DNA from: Catajapyx aquilonaris
Lineage: Eukaryota
NCBI GenBank assembly: GCA_000934665.2
Contig: JYFJ02002434.1
Location: forward strand, 1 to 57,267
Direction of reading: 5' to 3'
DNA length: 57,267 nt
Shown: piece after piece, positions 1 through 13,017 of the stretch
How the letters are laid out: each line of letters opens with the position of its first letter
How positions within the stretch are numbered: position 1 is the first letter of the stretch
Program-made: the position numbers and the translations under genes
The notes under the pieces: generated by a model
What the model was told of the DNA's origin: nothing
What the model saw: only the letters and a program-made list of their open reading frames with translations
The model's database searches: none

Positions 1-345
1 CCAAAATTCAAAGTTAAAAATGGTTCAAAACGCTTAGGTCCAGGACCAGGTTGGCAACACCGCATAACTCCTGACCTAAGGAGCCGATCAAGTGCCGTCA
101 TGTCTCAAACGACTCCTACAGGCCTAGGGAACATATGTGCCAAGCGGCACCTTCTTATCACAAAATGCAACGTTAAAAACGCTCAGGTCATCCCCGGCCA
201 TGTTGGCAACACCGCATAACTCGTGACCTAAGGGGCCGATCAGTTGCCTGCAATTCTGGAATTGCTCCTATAGGCCTAAGGAACATATGTGCCAAGTGGC
301 ACCTTCTCATCCCAAAATGCAAGGTTAAGACGCTTAGGGCCCGGA
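1..345. repeat. ~152-bp tandem repeat (about 2.3 units visible)
   Basis: TTGGCAACACCGCATAACTC at 51-70 and 203-222; GGAACATATGTGCCAAG and CAAAATGCAA recur with the same period. Confidence 0.8.
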
Positions 346-349
346 CTAA

Positions 350-500
350 GGTATAGGTTCCGGACGGTTCAGTAGTCGTCCTCCCGAATGCGATTTGATA
401 CAGGGCTTTACGTCCGGGTATTCGGACTCTACATCCGGGGATAGCGGACCAGCTAAGCGCACGGCCTTCCTTGTATGGCTAGATAGGAAGTTGCGGGTGG
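350..500. mobile_element. Single arm of the fold-back element family seen at 48062-48490
   Basis: CGAATGCG..TTGATACAGGGCTT..CGGGTATTCGGACT..ACATCCGGGGATAG.GGACCAGCTA.GCGCAC matches ~48387-48463. Confidence 0.75.
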
Positions 501-2149
501 CTGTGTATGACGCACTTTTTGCGTCTTGTACCGGACGCATGGATGGGCATGCATAATATGTACGCTGAGAATGATGCTGCGATGGGTTTTTGAATTGGAA
601 TTTCATTCCTGGCTCCGTCAGACCGGGCAAGAGGTTGCCTGTCACGCCAGGAGAAATATCGCCAAGGGGATGTCACCAAGTTAGTAGCATCCGAGCATAC
701 GTGGTGTTTCATTCAAGTACGGGATTATGGCACCCAAGTGGTCTCTTGCTAGCCATAAAATTGCACTAAAATGGCGATGGAGGATTCAGACGGTCATTGT
801 GACAACAAACTCTTGTCATGCAGCCTGTATATTTTGGCCCCGCTTGTCCCTCCCGCCATGATCGATGTTATTGTTTGTGACTTCCTGCATCGATGCATTC
901 ACAGCAGAATGCAATTGGACAAAGACCTATTGTGCTAGTGTACGTGACCGGCAAGAGATGGGAATGTGGCATAAAAGGAAGGGGAACTCCGCCCTGTCGC
1001 AGCTGATGCAGCAGGCCAACACAAAATGTGCGCAAGTGTACTGCAGCCAAGTCAAATCTCTTGATTATTACACAATTGTTCCAGACACATGTAGGCTAGG
1101 TGTTTTGGGGAGGGTAAGAAGGGGGCGTATTGTGCTTTTCACAGCCGTGTTTCAAGTACGTATGCCATTGCATTGTGGGAAAACTTTTGGCTAACGAAAA
1201 GAAAAATGAACTGATGGCGCTGAAATTGAGTGTTCTACACACTTAACAAACATTCCACGGGGTGACAGGACGTCCCTCCCCATGGACGTGACCTGCAAAC
1301 ATTTCCTTCAGCATCCTACGTATTTGATTGGAATTGTTTGCCTTATAGGTCTATGGCCACGATCTCTGAGGGATCTCAAGATCTCAAATGTTTAGCGTTT
1401 TCATTCTCTTGCTGAGTTAGTCGTCTTCATTTCTCAGAGGTCGATTTGGCAATCATTTATATAGCGTCACGTTAAAAAGGTCGACACCATTGCGAATATT
1501 TAAAAAAAAATCATTCTTACCATTCTGAATTAAAACTTTCTTTTGGAGTTTGTAAAAAACAACTACGGCATAGGCGCATCAGTCCTGCAAAATGTCATTT
1601 TACTGGAAGTTGTAAAGTCTAATGCATTCATAAGCAAAAGTGAAAATCAGTCATCCTGTAACTTATGTTAAGCGAGGGTTTTTCTAGTCGCATTTTATTC
1701 ACTGAACTGATATTAATGAGATTGGCGATTAGCCAATTCTGATTTCACAGTGGGAAACTGAAATGACGCAGTGTAAATTACCAACATATACCGTAACACT
1801 GCATATCAAGTTTCATCCATATCTGGAAAATGAGGCATTATTTTGGAGAATTCTTTTCGGTTAGTGAGAGTGGTCAAAACCCAATCAACATATCAGGCAG
1901 GTGTACCAGTGGTCGACACCGGAGATTTGGAACCTAAAGAGGGAACGCGGCAATATTGAGTGTAAATGAGACATCTGTCTTCATTTCACATCCCTTTGGG
2001 GCTGACTGATCACCACATATTTACCATCGATGACCATGAATGAGAAGCGTGTGAACACGTCACCTCCAATTTTTGCCTTGAAATGGTGCTTTTCTTAGCA
2101 GATTCGCTAAGAGACACGTAGAAAGTAAAACACACACATCCACCACATA

Positions 2150-2450
2150 TTCATGGCATTGTCCCAAAGATGGGGTAGCCAGCGAGGACATGTTGTACAA
2201 CACCTTGCCATCTCGTTTGACCGAATATGACAAACCTAAGGTGATTGGTCAGGTGCACGCAAAGGAAATGATGAGTTTGATAGTGATGAAATATGGCCTA
2301 TTATACGGAAGCGACCCCGGAATATTATCCTAGGAAGACCGTGGAAAACCACAGATAACCACGGTAAGGACCGTCAGCCCCGAGAATCAAACCCAGGACC
2401 TCTCGATTAGCAGTCTGACTCTTTAACCCCCTACACCAACCTGCTTCGGT
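2150..2450 (-). mobile_element. tRNA-derived SINE, head type A, with a distinct 3' tail
   Basis: Minus strand begins ACCGAAGCAGGTTGG..GACTGCTAATCG..GGTCCTGGGTT like the copies at 3003, 24813 and 32020; the tail (~2160-2290) recurs at 36975-37115. Confidence 0.8.
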
Positions 2451-3002
2451 ACAACGTAGGTTGTTGGAAGTTGTTGTGGGAAGACCAAGGCAAGCATGTT
2501 CGACTCCCAGCCAGTCTGCTGACAAGCTGAGAAATGGGGGAACAAGACCATTAGAGACTCGAGGGAAGTGAGGACGCGGTTTCTCCGGTGCAGGAAAAGG
2601 AGTGGCAACTGGGACCGCATTCATGGAGTGCATTTTCTTGTGTCAGCTTAATGCTTATCCCCACAATTTTCTATCCTTGTTTAAGCCTGGCCCCCAAGTA
2701 GCACTTGGCTTACTTCTCTTCTCGTTCTACTGCGCCATCTCTCTTCTGTATACATAAAATGCTGCTTGAATCATTCCATAGATTGGGCAGTACCTTTACA
2801 CACGTTAAAATAATTATTCATCTTCAGTCTCTGTAATGAGCATATAGTGCTAATTTCCATCTGCATCTATAAACGCCCAATTGAGCCACATAATATTATC
2901 ATTTGCACACTTGGAAAGAGAGAACATCGCACAAGGGAACAGTACGTGTTGTCAATGGAGTTGCTGAATGAAACTTGGCACAATAATAAAGGCAGGTAAG
3001 TT

Positions 3003-3406
3003 ACCGAAGCAGTAGTGGCGGAGGGGATTTGGTATCCGACTGCTAATCCGGAGGTCCTGGGTTCGAGTCCCGGAGGCCGGCGGTCCTGACCTTGGTTTTC
3101 TGTGGTTTTCCAAGGTCGCCCCAGGAATAATTTCCGGGATCGTACCGTAAAATAGGCCACAGCCGCTTCCTTCCTTTCCCTGTCCTGGAGGAGGTGCGGG
3201 TTAGTCGGGGGGTTTCTAACTCGCATCTAGGGGGTCATCTTGGCTTACGGGCCCCCTGAGGGACTGCACACGACCCCCAACTTGATGACATTGCACATGC
3301 ACCAGTGTCCCCCCCTCCTATCCCCACCTTGTCCCTGCACATAGTGGTATTCCACTCCCCTAAGAGAGCCCATGGCTCTAGCACGGGGTATATCTAAAAA
3401 AAAAAA
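3003..3406 (+). mobile_element. tRNA-derived SINE, head type A, full length with poly(A)
   Basis: A/B boxes (B box GGTTCGAGTCC), poly(A) at 3396-3406, exact 16-bp TSD AAAGGCAGGTAAGTTA at 2988-3003 and 3404-3419. Confidence 0.92.
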
Positions 3407-3761
3407 GGCAGGTAAGTTATTAATTAAACCAAATGCAAACCGTTTATGCGGAGCACTACAAGGTCAAAAGTTATGACCTCTCCATGTCAGCTTACCTTAA
3501 GAGCCACGTTTCAGATGCCGCATTCAAAAAACAGACATTTTATTACATCACTGGAAAGGTATAATTACTCTGATTACAACGAGCCAAATTGCTAGATCGC
3601 AGCCATATTTTTAAAAGTCGCTTTCAGTGATCTGCTCCAATCTAACGACACGAATCATTGGGCCATGGGGGTTGCCTTTCTGAGTCAGGATAACTTTGAA
3701 CAGGTCCTTTGTAAATATACAGTACATCCATGCCAGTGTAAGGGAGTTCATCTTATAATAC

Positions 3762-3763
<2 letters not shown>

Positions 3764-3800
<37 letters not shown>
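3764..3800. repeat. (AAT)n microsatellite
   Basis: Direct reading. Confidence 0.95.
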
Positions 3801-3801
<1 letters not shown>

Positions 3802-4130
3802 GGGAGGCGGAGTGGTGCTGCGGTAACGTATGCGCCGACGGATGTTAGGTCCCGGGTTCGATCCCAACCCGGGGACACCCCCTTCATCTCGTGCAGAGTT
3901 CAGGGTCACCTCTGGCTTCGTCTCGGGTGGTATTTCCTGTAGACTAAACCACCCGGGGGAGTTCACTAAAAATTGCCACATAAGGACATTGCACTGCACC
4001 TTGCACATCCCCTCCTGTCATCCTGCCCGAGGGCCCGGGCGTTACGTACAAAGGCTCCAAATGTACTTGATATGTAATAAATAAAGGTCCGTGCTACATA
4101 CCTCAGATGAGGTCAAGCACTGCCCCGGAT
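3801..4130 (+). mobile_element. tRNA-derived SINE, head type B, microsatellite-tailed subfamily
   Basis: A box TGGTGCTGCGG, B box GGTTCGATCCC; body CACCCGGGGGAGTTCAC shared with six other copies; followed by (ATT)n. Confidence 0.9.
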
Positions 4131-4138
4131 TATTATTA

Positions 4139-4215
<77 letters not shown>
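4129..4215. repeat. (ATT)n microsatellite between two tail-to-tail SINEs
   Basis: Direct reading. Confidence 0.95.
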
Positions 4216-4219
<4 letters not shown>

Positions 4220-4766
4220 TAGTGGTTTCATCCATCTTGAGGTACAGTAGAACCCCTATTACACTAGGGAACAAAATTGAACTTTTTATGGCCCATGTAC
4301 GTACATGAAAGTGCACTGGTGTGGTACCCGGATTCTTACTCTGACGGGATTTGCTCACCTATTGCACATGGATGATGTGTTAGGGGACCGAGGCAAGGGA
4401 CCGGAGGCCCTCGAACTGACTTCTTAGAAGCTGGCGGAACGTACGTGACGTCACGAAACTTTGACTGCGCCATACGCATTAACCACGCAACGGAGCCCAA
4501 AACTAATTGCACATCCCTATATTAATTTTACGATTACTATCAGTCTACCTGGCGATTGTCCCTTCACCCTGTATGTAGCACTGATCGACTAAATTGCAAT
4601 TATTTTGGCGCATGTACTGTACATGAATGTGCGATTCCTATAGTACTCTCTGTCCTGATTTCAAATATGTTAACTATTTGACTCTATCACCTATCGTTCT
4701 TGGGTAATTGGCATTTTTACAGTAAAAAAGTATACTCAACAAAATTAAAATCCGTCCGGCACATGT

Positions 4767-4918
4767 ACATTAATCGAGGCATGTTGCTAGCGACATTTTC
4801 CGAAGCGGCAGAAGAAGGAATCTTGCTCGCCTGGCTTGTACTATCCTTATCTTCGATTACTTCTTCTGCCGCTTCGGAACATGTCGCTAGCAGCATGCCT
4901 CGATTAATGTCCAACACT
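4767..4918. mobile_element. Fold-back Tc1/mariner-type MITE (CAGTG family), left tip truncated
   Basis: ACATTAATCGAGGCATGTTGCTAGCGACAT inverted with ATGTCGCTAGCAGCATGCCTCGATTAATGT; homologous to 46352-46513. Confidence 0.85.
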
Positions 4919-5222
4919 ACATAAATGTGCGATTCTTATTGTATTCTTTGTGCTGATTTCCAATATGTTAACCGATATTTTCTTATCACCTACAGCTTTT
5001 GAGTAATTGGCATTTTTCCGGTATAAAAAGACCTCTCTTAATGTAGGTTAGTCATACTGGAATAAATTTCTGACTAAGTATTGACTAATAGGGCTTAGTA
5101 TGCTGGATTAGTAGTTGTGATGCCATATTGTAGATATACCAAAATCCTCATATGGAATAATGTTTACAAAAATTATGCATAAGGTGACAATGAGCAACGT
5201 GCAGTAATTCTAGAAAACAAGG

Positions 5223-5226
<4 letters not shown>

Positions 5227-5268
<42 letters not shown>

Positions 5269-5577
5269 GGCTAATAATAATAATAATTTGATACCCCATT
5301 ATCAGCCTACGGGCTTTCCTAGGGGGGGGGGATTTCTCCAAATTTTTTGTCTGGAACTCTTCCATTTTTACTATGTTTCTCATCACCGGAATGAAGCAGG
5401 GAAAGGGAAGGAAGGAGGCGGCTGTGGCCTATATTACGGTAACGACCCCGGAATTATCCTGCAAGGACCATGGGAAACCACAGAAAACCATGGTCAGGGT
5501 CGCCGGCCTCCGGGATTCGAACCCAGGACCTCCCGATTAGCAGTCGGACACCATACCACACTACACCAGCACTACTG
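5227..5577 (-). mobile_element. tRNA-derived SINE, head type A, with (ATT)n tail
   Basis: B box GGTTCGAATCC on minus; exact 15-bp TSD AGAAAACAAGGTATA at 5212-5226 and 5578-5592. Confidence 0.92.
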
Positions 5578-6383
5578 AGAAAACAAGGTATACGCTTGGT
5601 ACAAGAAAATGGATGCCGATATTAATATGTTGACATCATATTCACAATCAGCGCCTCATAATACATGAGAAACACCAAAAATGGCACCTTAAACAAAACC
5701 TAATGTTGCCAAAAAAATTAATGATATTGAGCTATGCAAAGTAGGCCTCTTCTCGGTAGAGTAAGGCCTGTTACAAGAAAATAGATGCCGTTATTGAAAT
5801 TTTAACTTCATATTCGGAATCAACGCATACTTATACATGGTAAAAAGTGAAAATGGCGCAATTAACAACACCATTGTTGGCCATATATTAGTCACATTGA
5901 GCAATGTGCAGAGTATCGCTAAATAAGGTATGGCTGTTAGTCCTGTTACAAATAATGGAGGGTGATGGACACTTTCTGACTTCGGAATCAGCGCGTGTGA
6001 ATGCATTAGAAACAGCTAAAATTGCTAATGAGCCAAAAGCCTTGTTGACTAGTGTACTCCGTCACTCGCGGGAGTGGGGCATCGAGGTCGGATAATTCGA
6101 GGAGTAAATAAAACTATACAGAAACACTCAAAAAGCAAAACAAAAACATGACATTGTGTACAATATTGTGGTTTTATATGAAATAGGGAAGTATTTATCT
6201 TTTACATGCACACACCATTGTGCTGTATTTTCAATTTAACCAAGGCAACAGAAAACATATGTGTAGAACATTGTACAGTATTTAATGAGAAATCTGATTT
6301 ATTGCTGGTGTGGGGCAGTCGGATAAACCGAGGAGTCGGATAATCCGAGGTTCTACTGCATATCGCACGGACCTTTATTATTA

Positions 6384-7416
6384 CAGTTGAATCCTGGTAT
6401 AACCGACAGGGCCGGTTGCACCAGTCGCGGTATATGGGACGGTATATGGAAGAACCCTGTACCGCGGGTACACGGTATATACCATGAAAAACCGCGGGTT
6501 TATTCCATAGCGTTGCACCGGTCCGGATAAACGGGGGGTTTTCGGTAGTTACGCTGGCTCATGAGAGACGTAAGCGGGCAAAAATTTTGGAGAGCGCTGA
6601 TTGGATCGCATCACCCGTGACGCAATCCGTGACGTCATGGAAGTATGGCTAGTCGTCTAGTATCTACGGCAACCATGTGGCAGGGTTGCCACCTGGTGTC
6701 ACACAGTACACAAAATCCCAAGCACCATGACAACACCATATACCCGCGGTATAAGCAACTTGTGCTGCAGGATCGGCGGGTAGATGGATCGGGCGGTAAA
6801 TGGGAGGGAGAACGGGCCGTTTTAGAAAAAACGTAGGTGGCGCAACACTTCTCGCGGTATACCGGAGTCAAAACCCGCCGTTTTCCATATACCGCGACCG
6901 GTGCAACCGTACAACCAAGGTCTGTTATAGCCAAATCGCCACTTTTGCAACAAAAACACAAGTTTTCTGCTTTCATATGCTTGTAACGCATACTACTGCA
7001 TGGTGATTAATGAAACTATCCACAAACATGCAAAATTAGCTCACCCGTAACTTAGGCAGGACCAAAAAAAACTCCATTTTCTTCTGCCGTCTCGTCCTTG
7101 TCAAATATCCTATACCAGAAAAAATTATTTTGACCATTTAGGCAAGTGTTAGATCAGGGACAGATGGGAAAATCACCCCATCTCCATTATGGAGTGCCTT
7201 CATCACGTGGGAAAGGAGGCTGAGTAATCAAAAGCAGCATATTTTCCCACCGAGGGGCCAAGAAACAGTCTGTTATAGCCGAGGTGAGGTGAAATTAGTA
7301 TATTATATCAGGAGTAAATACATTGGGCCTTACGGAAGTTAGCCGGGGCCGGTCTTTCGCGTCTGTTATAACCAAAAGTCTGTTAGAGCCGATGCTGTTA
7401 TATCCGGATTCAACTG
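6384..7416. mobile_element. pogo/Tigger-like MITE
   Basis: TA-CAGTTGAATCCTGGTATAAC ... GTTATATCCGGATTCAACTG-TA; same right end at 28807-28826. Confidence 0.85.
6409..6912. mobile_element. PIF/Harbinger-like MITE nested in the Tigger-like MITE
   Basis: 24/25 inverted match CGGTTGCACCAGTCGCGGTATATGG (6413-6437) with 6885-6909; TSD not clear. Confidence 0.7.
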
Positions 7417-7424
7417 TATTATAT

Positions 7425-7808
7425 AAGGGTGGACCAACTTCAAGTGTCGTTTTATAACGGCGATTAATAGCAGTGATTTTGCGATGACATAGCAGCGACG
7501 TGTAAAATGTCCCACTTCGGCGCCATCGAAAATATTAGCTGCCAATAGCAGCACACATGTAATCAACCCTGCTGCTGGGTTGACCTGGAAAAAAGGAGGT
7601 GCACACATGACCTGCGATGCGCCTGGGTGAAATGGGTGACGCCCAAGGCACCAGATGGACCTGTAATGCATTACATGTGTGCTGCTATTGGCAGCAAATA
7701 TTTTCGATGGCGCCGAAGTGGGCCATTTTACACGTCGCTGCTACGTCAATCGTAAAGCGCTTCTATTAATAGCCGTTATAAAACGACACTTGAAGTTGGT
7801 CCACCCTG
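7425..7808. mobile_element. Fold-back Tc1/mariner-type MITE with ~138-bp arms
   Basis: AGGGTGGACCAACTTCAAGTGTCGTTTTATAACGGC.. inverted at 7670-7808, ending CCACCCTG-TA. Confidence 0.9.
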
Positions 7809-8534
7809 TATAATGTACAAATGGAACTTTTTTGCCAAGCGCCCTGGTCTGAGTGCAAGTGCAATGTCGTTGCTATGGTCATTTTGTGAACTCCCCCGGG
7901 TGGATGAGTCTAGCGGAAATCCCACCCGAGACGAAGCCAGATGAGACGACCCCGAACTCTGCATCGGGGAATGAATCGGGGATGAAGGGGGGAATGCCCG
8001 AGCCTGCCATCGAACTCGGGACCCTTACATCCGTGGGCGCATACGTTACTGCAGCGCCACTGCGCCTCCCCAAAGAGAGTTCATCTTACCACACTGCTGA
8101 ACTTGACGCCAATAAAGCACATCATTATGTGCGATGTTTTTTGTTGTTGTTGTCCTCACGGGACACATACCGACTTCTTTTTACCACATGGGTTGCCACA
8201 AGATGGTTTTACTTGTGGTGTTGGGTCGTGTGTGTGAAGGAGAGGGGGTGGGGGTGGGGATGGGGATTCAAATCTGAAGATTTAGTCGCAAAGGTCTTGG
8301 TTCTCGTGAAAGAGGTCACGCAGCGCATGACTATAATTCGGAACGTGCTGCTGGTTCTCGACACGCACAACGATGGTAATAATAACAATACTGCAGACGA
8401 CGGCGAATTTTAGAAACTTGAAAAATATATTGCATGAAGAACAGCACCTTCCTCAGCGTTGGCATGGGTGTAACTGTATGGTATTCTCATGTGAAGAAGT
8501 GAAGAAACATTGAACTAGATTCTATTCATGTGTG

Positions 8535-8856
8535 AGGGAGGCGAAGTGGTGCTGCGGTAACGTACGCGCCCACGGATGTTAAGGTCCCGGGATCAAATCC
8601 CGCCCGGGGACACCCTCTTCACTTCGTGCAGAGTTCAGGGTCGCCTCTGGCTTCGTCTCGGGTGGGATTTCCGTTAAGACAAACCACTCGGGGGAGTTCA
8701 CTAAAAATGGCCACATTAGGACATTGCACATCCCCGCCTGTCTTCCTGGCCGTGGGCCCGGGCATTTCAAATGAATAGGCTCCAAATGTACCATCATCAA
8801 ATAAATGTCCGTGCGATATGCCCCCTGGTGGGGGTGAAAGCACATTACCCCAGCAT
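8535..8856 (+). mobile_element. tRNA-derived SINE, head type B
   Basis: Collinear with 3801-4130; 12-bp TSD TATTCA(T/G)GTGTG at 8523-8534 and 8857-8868. Confidence 0.9.
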
Positions 8857-8887
8857 TATTCAGGTGTGGCAACTAACCATAGCATTA

Positions 8888-9122
8888 AGGTGCATTCACA
8901 CAGCTACTGTTTTTAGCAAGAGGGAAGTGTGCTGGGAGCTCGGGAAACTTGAACGGCCAATGCTTGTCGTGATTGGTTACGAGAAATTGGGACCGATTTC
9001 TTCTTTTTGTCCAGCGAAGGAATAAAACGCAATCTCTTCTTCGTCCGAAAAATTTGGAAAAATTGCAAAAGAAAATCGCAAGTAGCTCGCGTGCAGGATA
9101 AAGAAGCTGTGTGAAGACACCA
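8888..9122. mobile_element. Small PIF/Harbinger-like MITE
   Basis: GGTGCATTCACACAGCT versus AGCTGTGTGAAGACACC (15/17 inverted), preceded by TTA. Confidence 0.6.
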
Positions 9123-12100
9123 TGCATTCTTTTATCTTTGAATCTTATAATTATAATCATATACTAGATTCTGGAATTTTCGATGGTAGACTACTATGTG
9201 ACGTCATTCGAAATAAAATAACTTATACAATGTGCGATCAATATTCGAATTTTATTTGACCTGGTGCAGTTGTCAAATGAGCCACACGCGCGACACTCAG
9301 CCTTACAGAGCACCTTGTAATTATGGCTTTTCTGTCGTAGAAAGGCGGATTATGCTGCATGCGCCCCTATGTTACATAATGGGTGCGAATGTTACAATGA
9401 TTACGGCAAACTTTCATGTCGAACTCTGATGCCCCAGAGGATCGTCTTTATGTAAGGGGGTCATTGGTATCGGCAGCCTAGTTATCAAAATATTGGGTTT
9501 TTAATTTGCAGCCGTCTCTTAATATATACGCGGGGTGAGATTATAAGGTTGTAACTACATAGGATTTTCATTGCAGTTATAACCTTGTAATTCTCACCCC
9601 CCACGATAAATTAACATTCTGCAGAAATTTCGGGGCCTCGGGGTGATGACGTCGCAAAAGAATATGGACATGTTGATATAACGCGGAAGGGAATCTTGAT
9701 ATTTATCCAAGTGGGCTCTTTGAAAAATTAATGCGCCTTGAAGCGATCAAGCAGCAGTGAGTTATACACGTGTGTACTCGAGGCTCCTTTGGCCCCTGGA
9801 TTGCCCCTGGGCAAGCGCGGGAGCTGCATTATGTGGTCACCCACCCATCCGATGGATTGCTTACGCGAGTTTTTTTTCCCCTATCGACGTGTTCGGACAA
9901 ATGTGAGGGTGATGGGGAAGGGACCTGCTTGGTGGCGGGTGGGAGCTAAAGCAGAGGCGCAGAAGGGGTCGGTTTGCCCAGGGGCAGATGGGCGAGAAGG
10001 GTACGGGACTGGGTCAGGGGCGGGGGTAGCGGAGGGAGAGGAAGAAAGACGGGCACTTGAGAAGGGGAAGGGCAGTGGCGACGGGGATAGGTGGAGTGCC
10101 TATACCCTATACCCTATAAAGCCTATAGCCCTATACATATACCTATGAAGGTCCTATAGGATAGGGCTGCCTAGGGGCGAACATGGGGCCGGATTGTAAA
10201 TTGCCATTTTTTCCATAATGGCAGCAACAGCTTCTCTGGCTGCCGTTGTCCTTTTCTTTATGGATGGCGAGATGACTTATCCCCTATCATAGTCTGCGGA
10301 ATTACAAAAGCAGTCGAGTTTGAATACATCGACACTGGCCATTAGCTGAAACCATAACTACTGTTTCTGGACTTTGGGAAAAATACATGTCGATGAACAC
10401 CTTCTTTTGTAAGTGTATTACTTGGTAACACTGTCATGCAGATAAACGGTAAGGTAAGGATAGGTGAGTTGGGAGCAAAGAACGATACCTTAACTGTTCC
10501 TGCTAAGGAGACATTAGGAGTCAGTTGCATGTCGCATGCTCGCAAGCAGTACAATAAGGAGACTTAAGCCTGTAATCTGGTAGAAGGGAGTCACATCATG
10601 TGCGAATCATGATCACGGAAGGTTCTTTCGTTGCACTTGCACATAGCTACCAGGACAACTACTGGACAACTTTTGATCTGTGTTTTTCATTCATTATTTC
10701 TCCCTAATTCTCTTCCTCTCCCATCCCCCTATACCTTTGGAGTCCAGGGAAACATTGCGTAGACCCACCCCTTTGGCCCCTCTCCCTACTTATTGGGTGA
10801 CTGCCACTTATCGACCCGCCAACCCCATTTCCAGATTACTTATCGAACCTGAAGATAACCTTCCTTCCTGTCACAGTCGACTTGATGGTCATTCAAACTG
10901 AACCTGCCTGCATGCCTCTACTCGCTACTGCTGTCGCCCATTTGACTCCTTCTCAAATCACGATCTGATACACTCAGATCCTAGTTATAATCAGCCTTGA
11001 AAACTTCCCTTGCATAGAGGGGGCATAATTAGATCAAATCTGGGAAAAATTATTCCCAGCAATTATGATCAAAGAAATGTACTAAAACCCTAATTATCAC
11101 TCCATTCTGTAGTCATTTGAACAAAACGGCAGCCTCGGTTGAGTAGACGTCTTTATAGGTACCGTTAACCCGAGTGAACGTGGTCCAAATAGACAACAAT
11201 GTAAGGAACATGGTAACAACAAAGGGGGATAGATGAGGGGGGAGGGGGAGGCATATGTTTGCACTACTTATTTGTACTATGTACATTCATAACGAAATGT
11301 CACAAAACCGCAGTTTAGAAGTTACCGATTTGAAGAAGGCCCCTATTATCCGTTGGTTCCAAGGGTGCAAGTTGAGCAATAGTATGTGTGCTTTGTCTGG
11401 AGGTAGGTTTGGAATGTCTTTTAACATCTTACGTTGTAAGTTGAAAAATGTACAGCTGTAAAACAAGTGATATAGATTGAAATTTTCCTCGCTATTGCAT
11501 AGTGAACAAGGATCGTCTTTGGACCAGTGCAACTTGTACCCTTCGTAATAGATGTAGGGAGCTCCAGAACGTAATGAACATAATAGCCGCGTCAAGTGCA
11601 ATGATTGGTCATCAAACAGGTAGTCTTGGCCCCTAAAGGAGGTCTGGAGATCTTGGTAAAATGCGTGCCCGGAAGAACTCGCTAGGCCTGCTATATCTTG
11701 CTGGATAGTATTGTCAATATTTGGTAATTAAGTCCTTGCATAGTCTTATATCTTGTTGGGATTGATCCCAATGTTCCCACGCTATACCCATGGTTTTAAA
11801 GATATCGTTGACCTGTGTGAACCAATTATTGTGTTTTCGAATCCTTTGTGGTTATTAGATAGTTGAACGCTCGTTTGGCCAATCTGTCGTTTGGCATTTT
11901 TGTTTGATCGCTACTAGAAACTTTAGAAGTTTTTAAACCAGTGGAACGCCCAACGGAGTACGACGGCTTGTTTCGAGCCGCACTAAGTAATTTGGCGTAT
12001 TTCTAGGTAGTCTCAAGTAATATTTTATGAAATGAAGCTGACCCTGGTCCAAAACTTGCCAGTGATTTAGTGCCCACAGGTGAGCATTATAAAGTAGCCT

Positions 12101-13017
12101 ACAATTGGGGCTACTTTCGTTTCAAATATTAGCATTGCGACGTTTAGTCTACGTACATCTAGTTTTGTTATAAGATCACTTGGGACGCCGTTGAAACCGC
12201 CTTTGCTCTTGTCAGTATTGGCGCTAGATGACTTGTTAAACTTGGTCGATGCTGCGAATACCACTCCCAGATATTTATAGTCCTCTACTACACTTATTTT
12301 TTCCCCTTGAATGAAAAGTCGATCCGACCATGCTACGTGGTCTCCCCGGCGACATACCATCATTTTGGTTTTACTTGAATTTATAGTTAAGCCCTTCTGA
12401 TTAAAGTAGATCGTCACTGCGTCTCCTTGTTTTTGCACGTGGATTATGTGGTCACCCATTGCTATATCGTCCGCAAATTGGAGGAAATGGATATCCTTTG
12501 TGTTGGGGCCAAGGTTTATTCCTGGTGCTCCTGAGTTCGACAATATTGTTCCAATGTCGCTCAGATATGTATTGAATAAGAGTGGAGAGAGCGGGTCCCC
12601 TTGTAAGATCCCCTTCCTTATTGGTATTCCCGGGCTGTCTACTACTTCAATGCATATCTGTGCTTTATTATAGATTTCATCTATTAATTTTGTCAATTTA
12701 GGGGCTGGAATAACCTTTAATTTTTCGAATAGTTGGGTGTGAGGTACTGAGTCAAATGCCTTTGCGACATCTATGAATACTATGTACAACTTACTATTTG
12801 GTTTCCTAATGTACTTAGTCATAATTGTTTGCAATGTAAATGTATGATCTGTGCACGATCGGTCCGGTCTAAAACCCGCCTGTTCCTCTGGTAAGAGGGA
12901 GTGGTTATATGTCCACTGCCTGATGCGATTGGTGACCATTGAAGTTAGTATTTTTAAGCAATTGTTTAACAGGGAGATAGGACGAAAATTCCTCGGACAT
13001 TTTTCACCGCCCTTGTA

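Larger units (their letters stand above)
4245..6358. mobile_element. Decayed pogo/Tigger-like non-autonomous element with ~150-190-bp internal repeats and nested insertions
   Basis: TA-CAGTAGAACC at left and GGTTCTACTG at right (right flank CA, not TA); boundaries coincide with breaks in the host SINE; internal repeats 4620-4765/4919-5030 and 5610-6010. Confidence 0.55.
4216..8071 (-). mobile_element. SINE type B split into four pieces (4216-4244, 6359-6383, 7417-7424, 7809-8071) by three DNA-transposon insertions
   Basis: Joined pieces read ..TTCCATTTGTAC..TAATAAAGGTCCGTGCGATA..TACCTCAAGATG..CACT.. on minus, collinear with the intact tails at 4055-4130 and 8780-8856. Confidence 0.75.

Noticed and set aside
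1..345. CRISPR array
   Set aside because: Whole units repeat with no unique spacers, there are no cas genes, and the context is eukaryotic.
10290..10560. CR1/L2 ORF2 C-terminus (PKSRNSSYGFS)
   Set aside because: Weak resemblance with no RT motif or tail.
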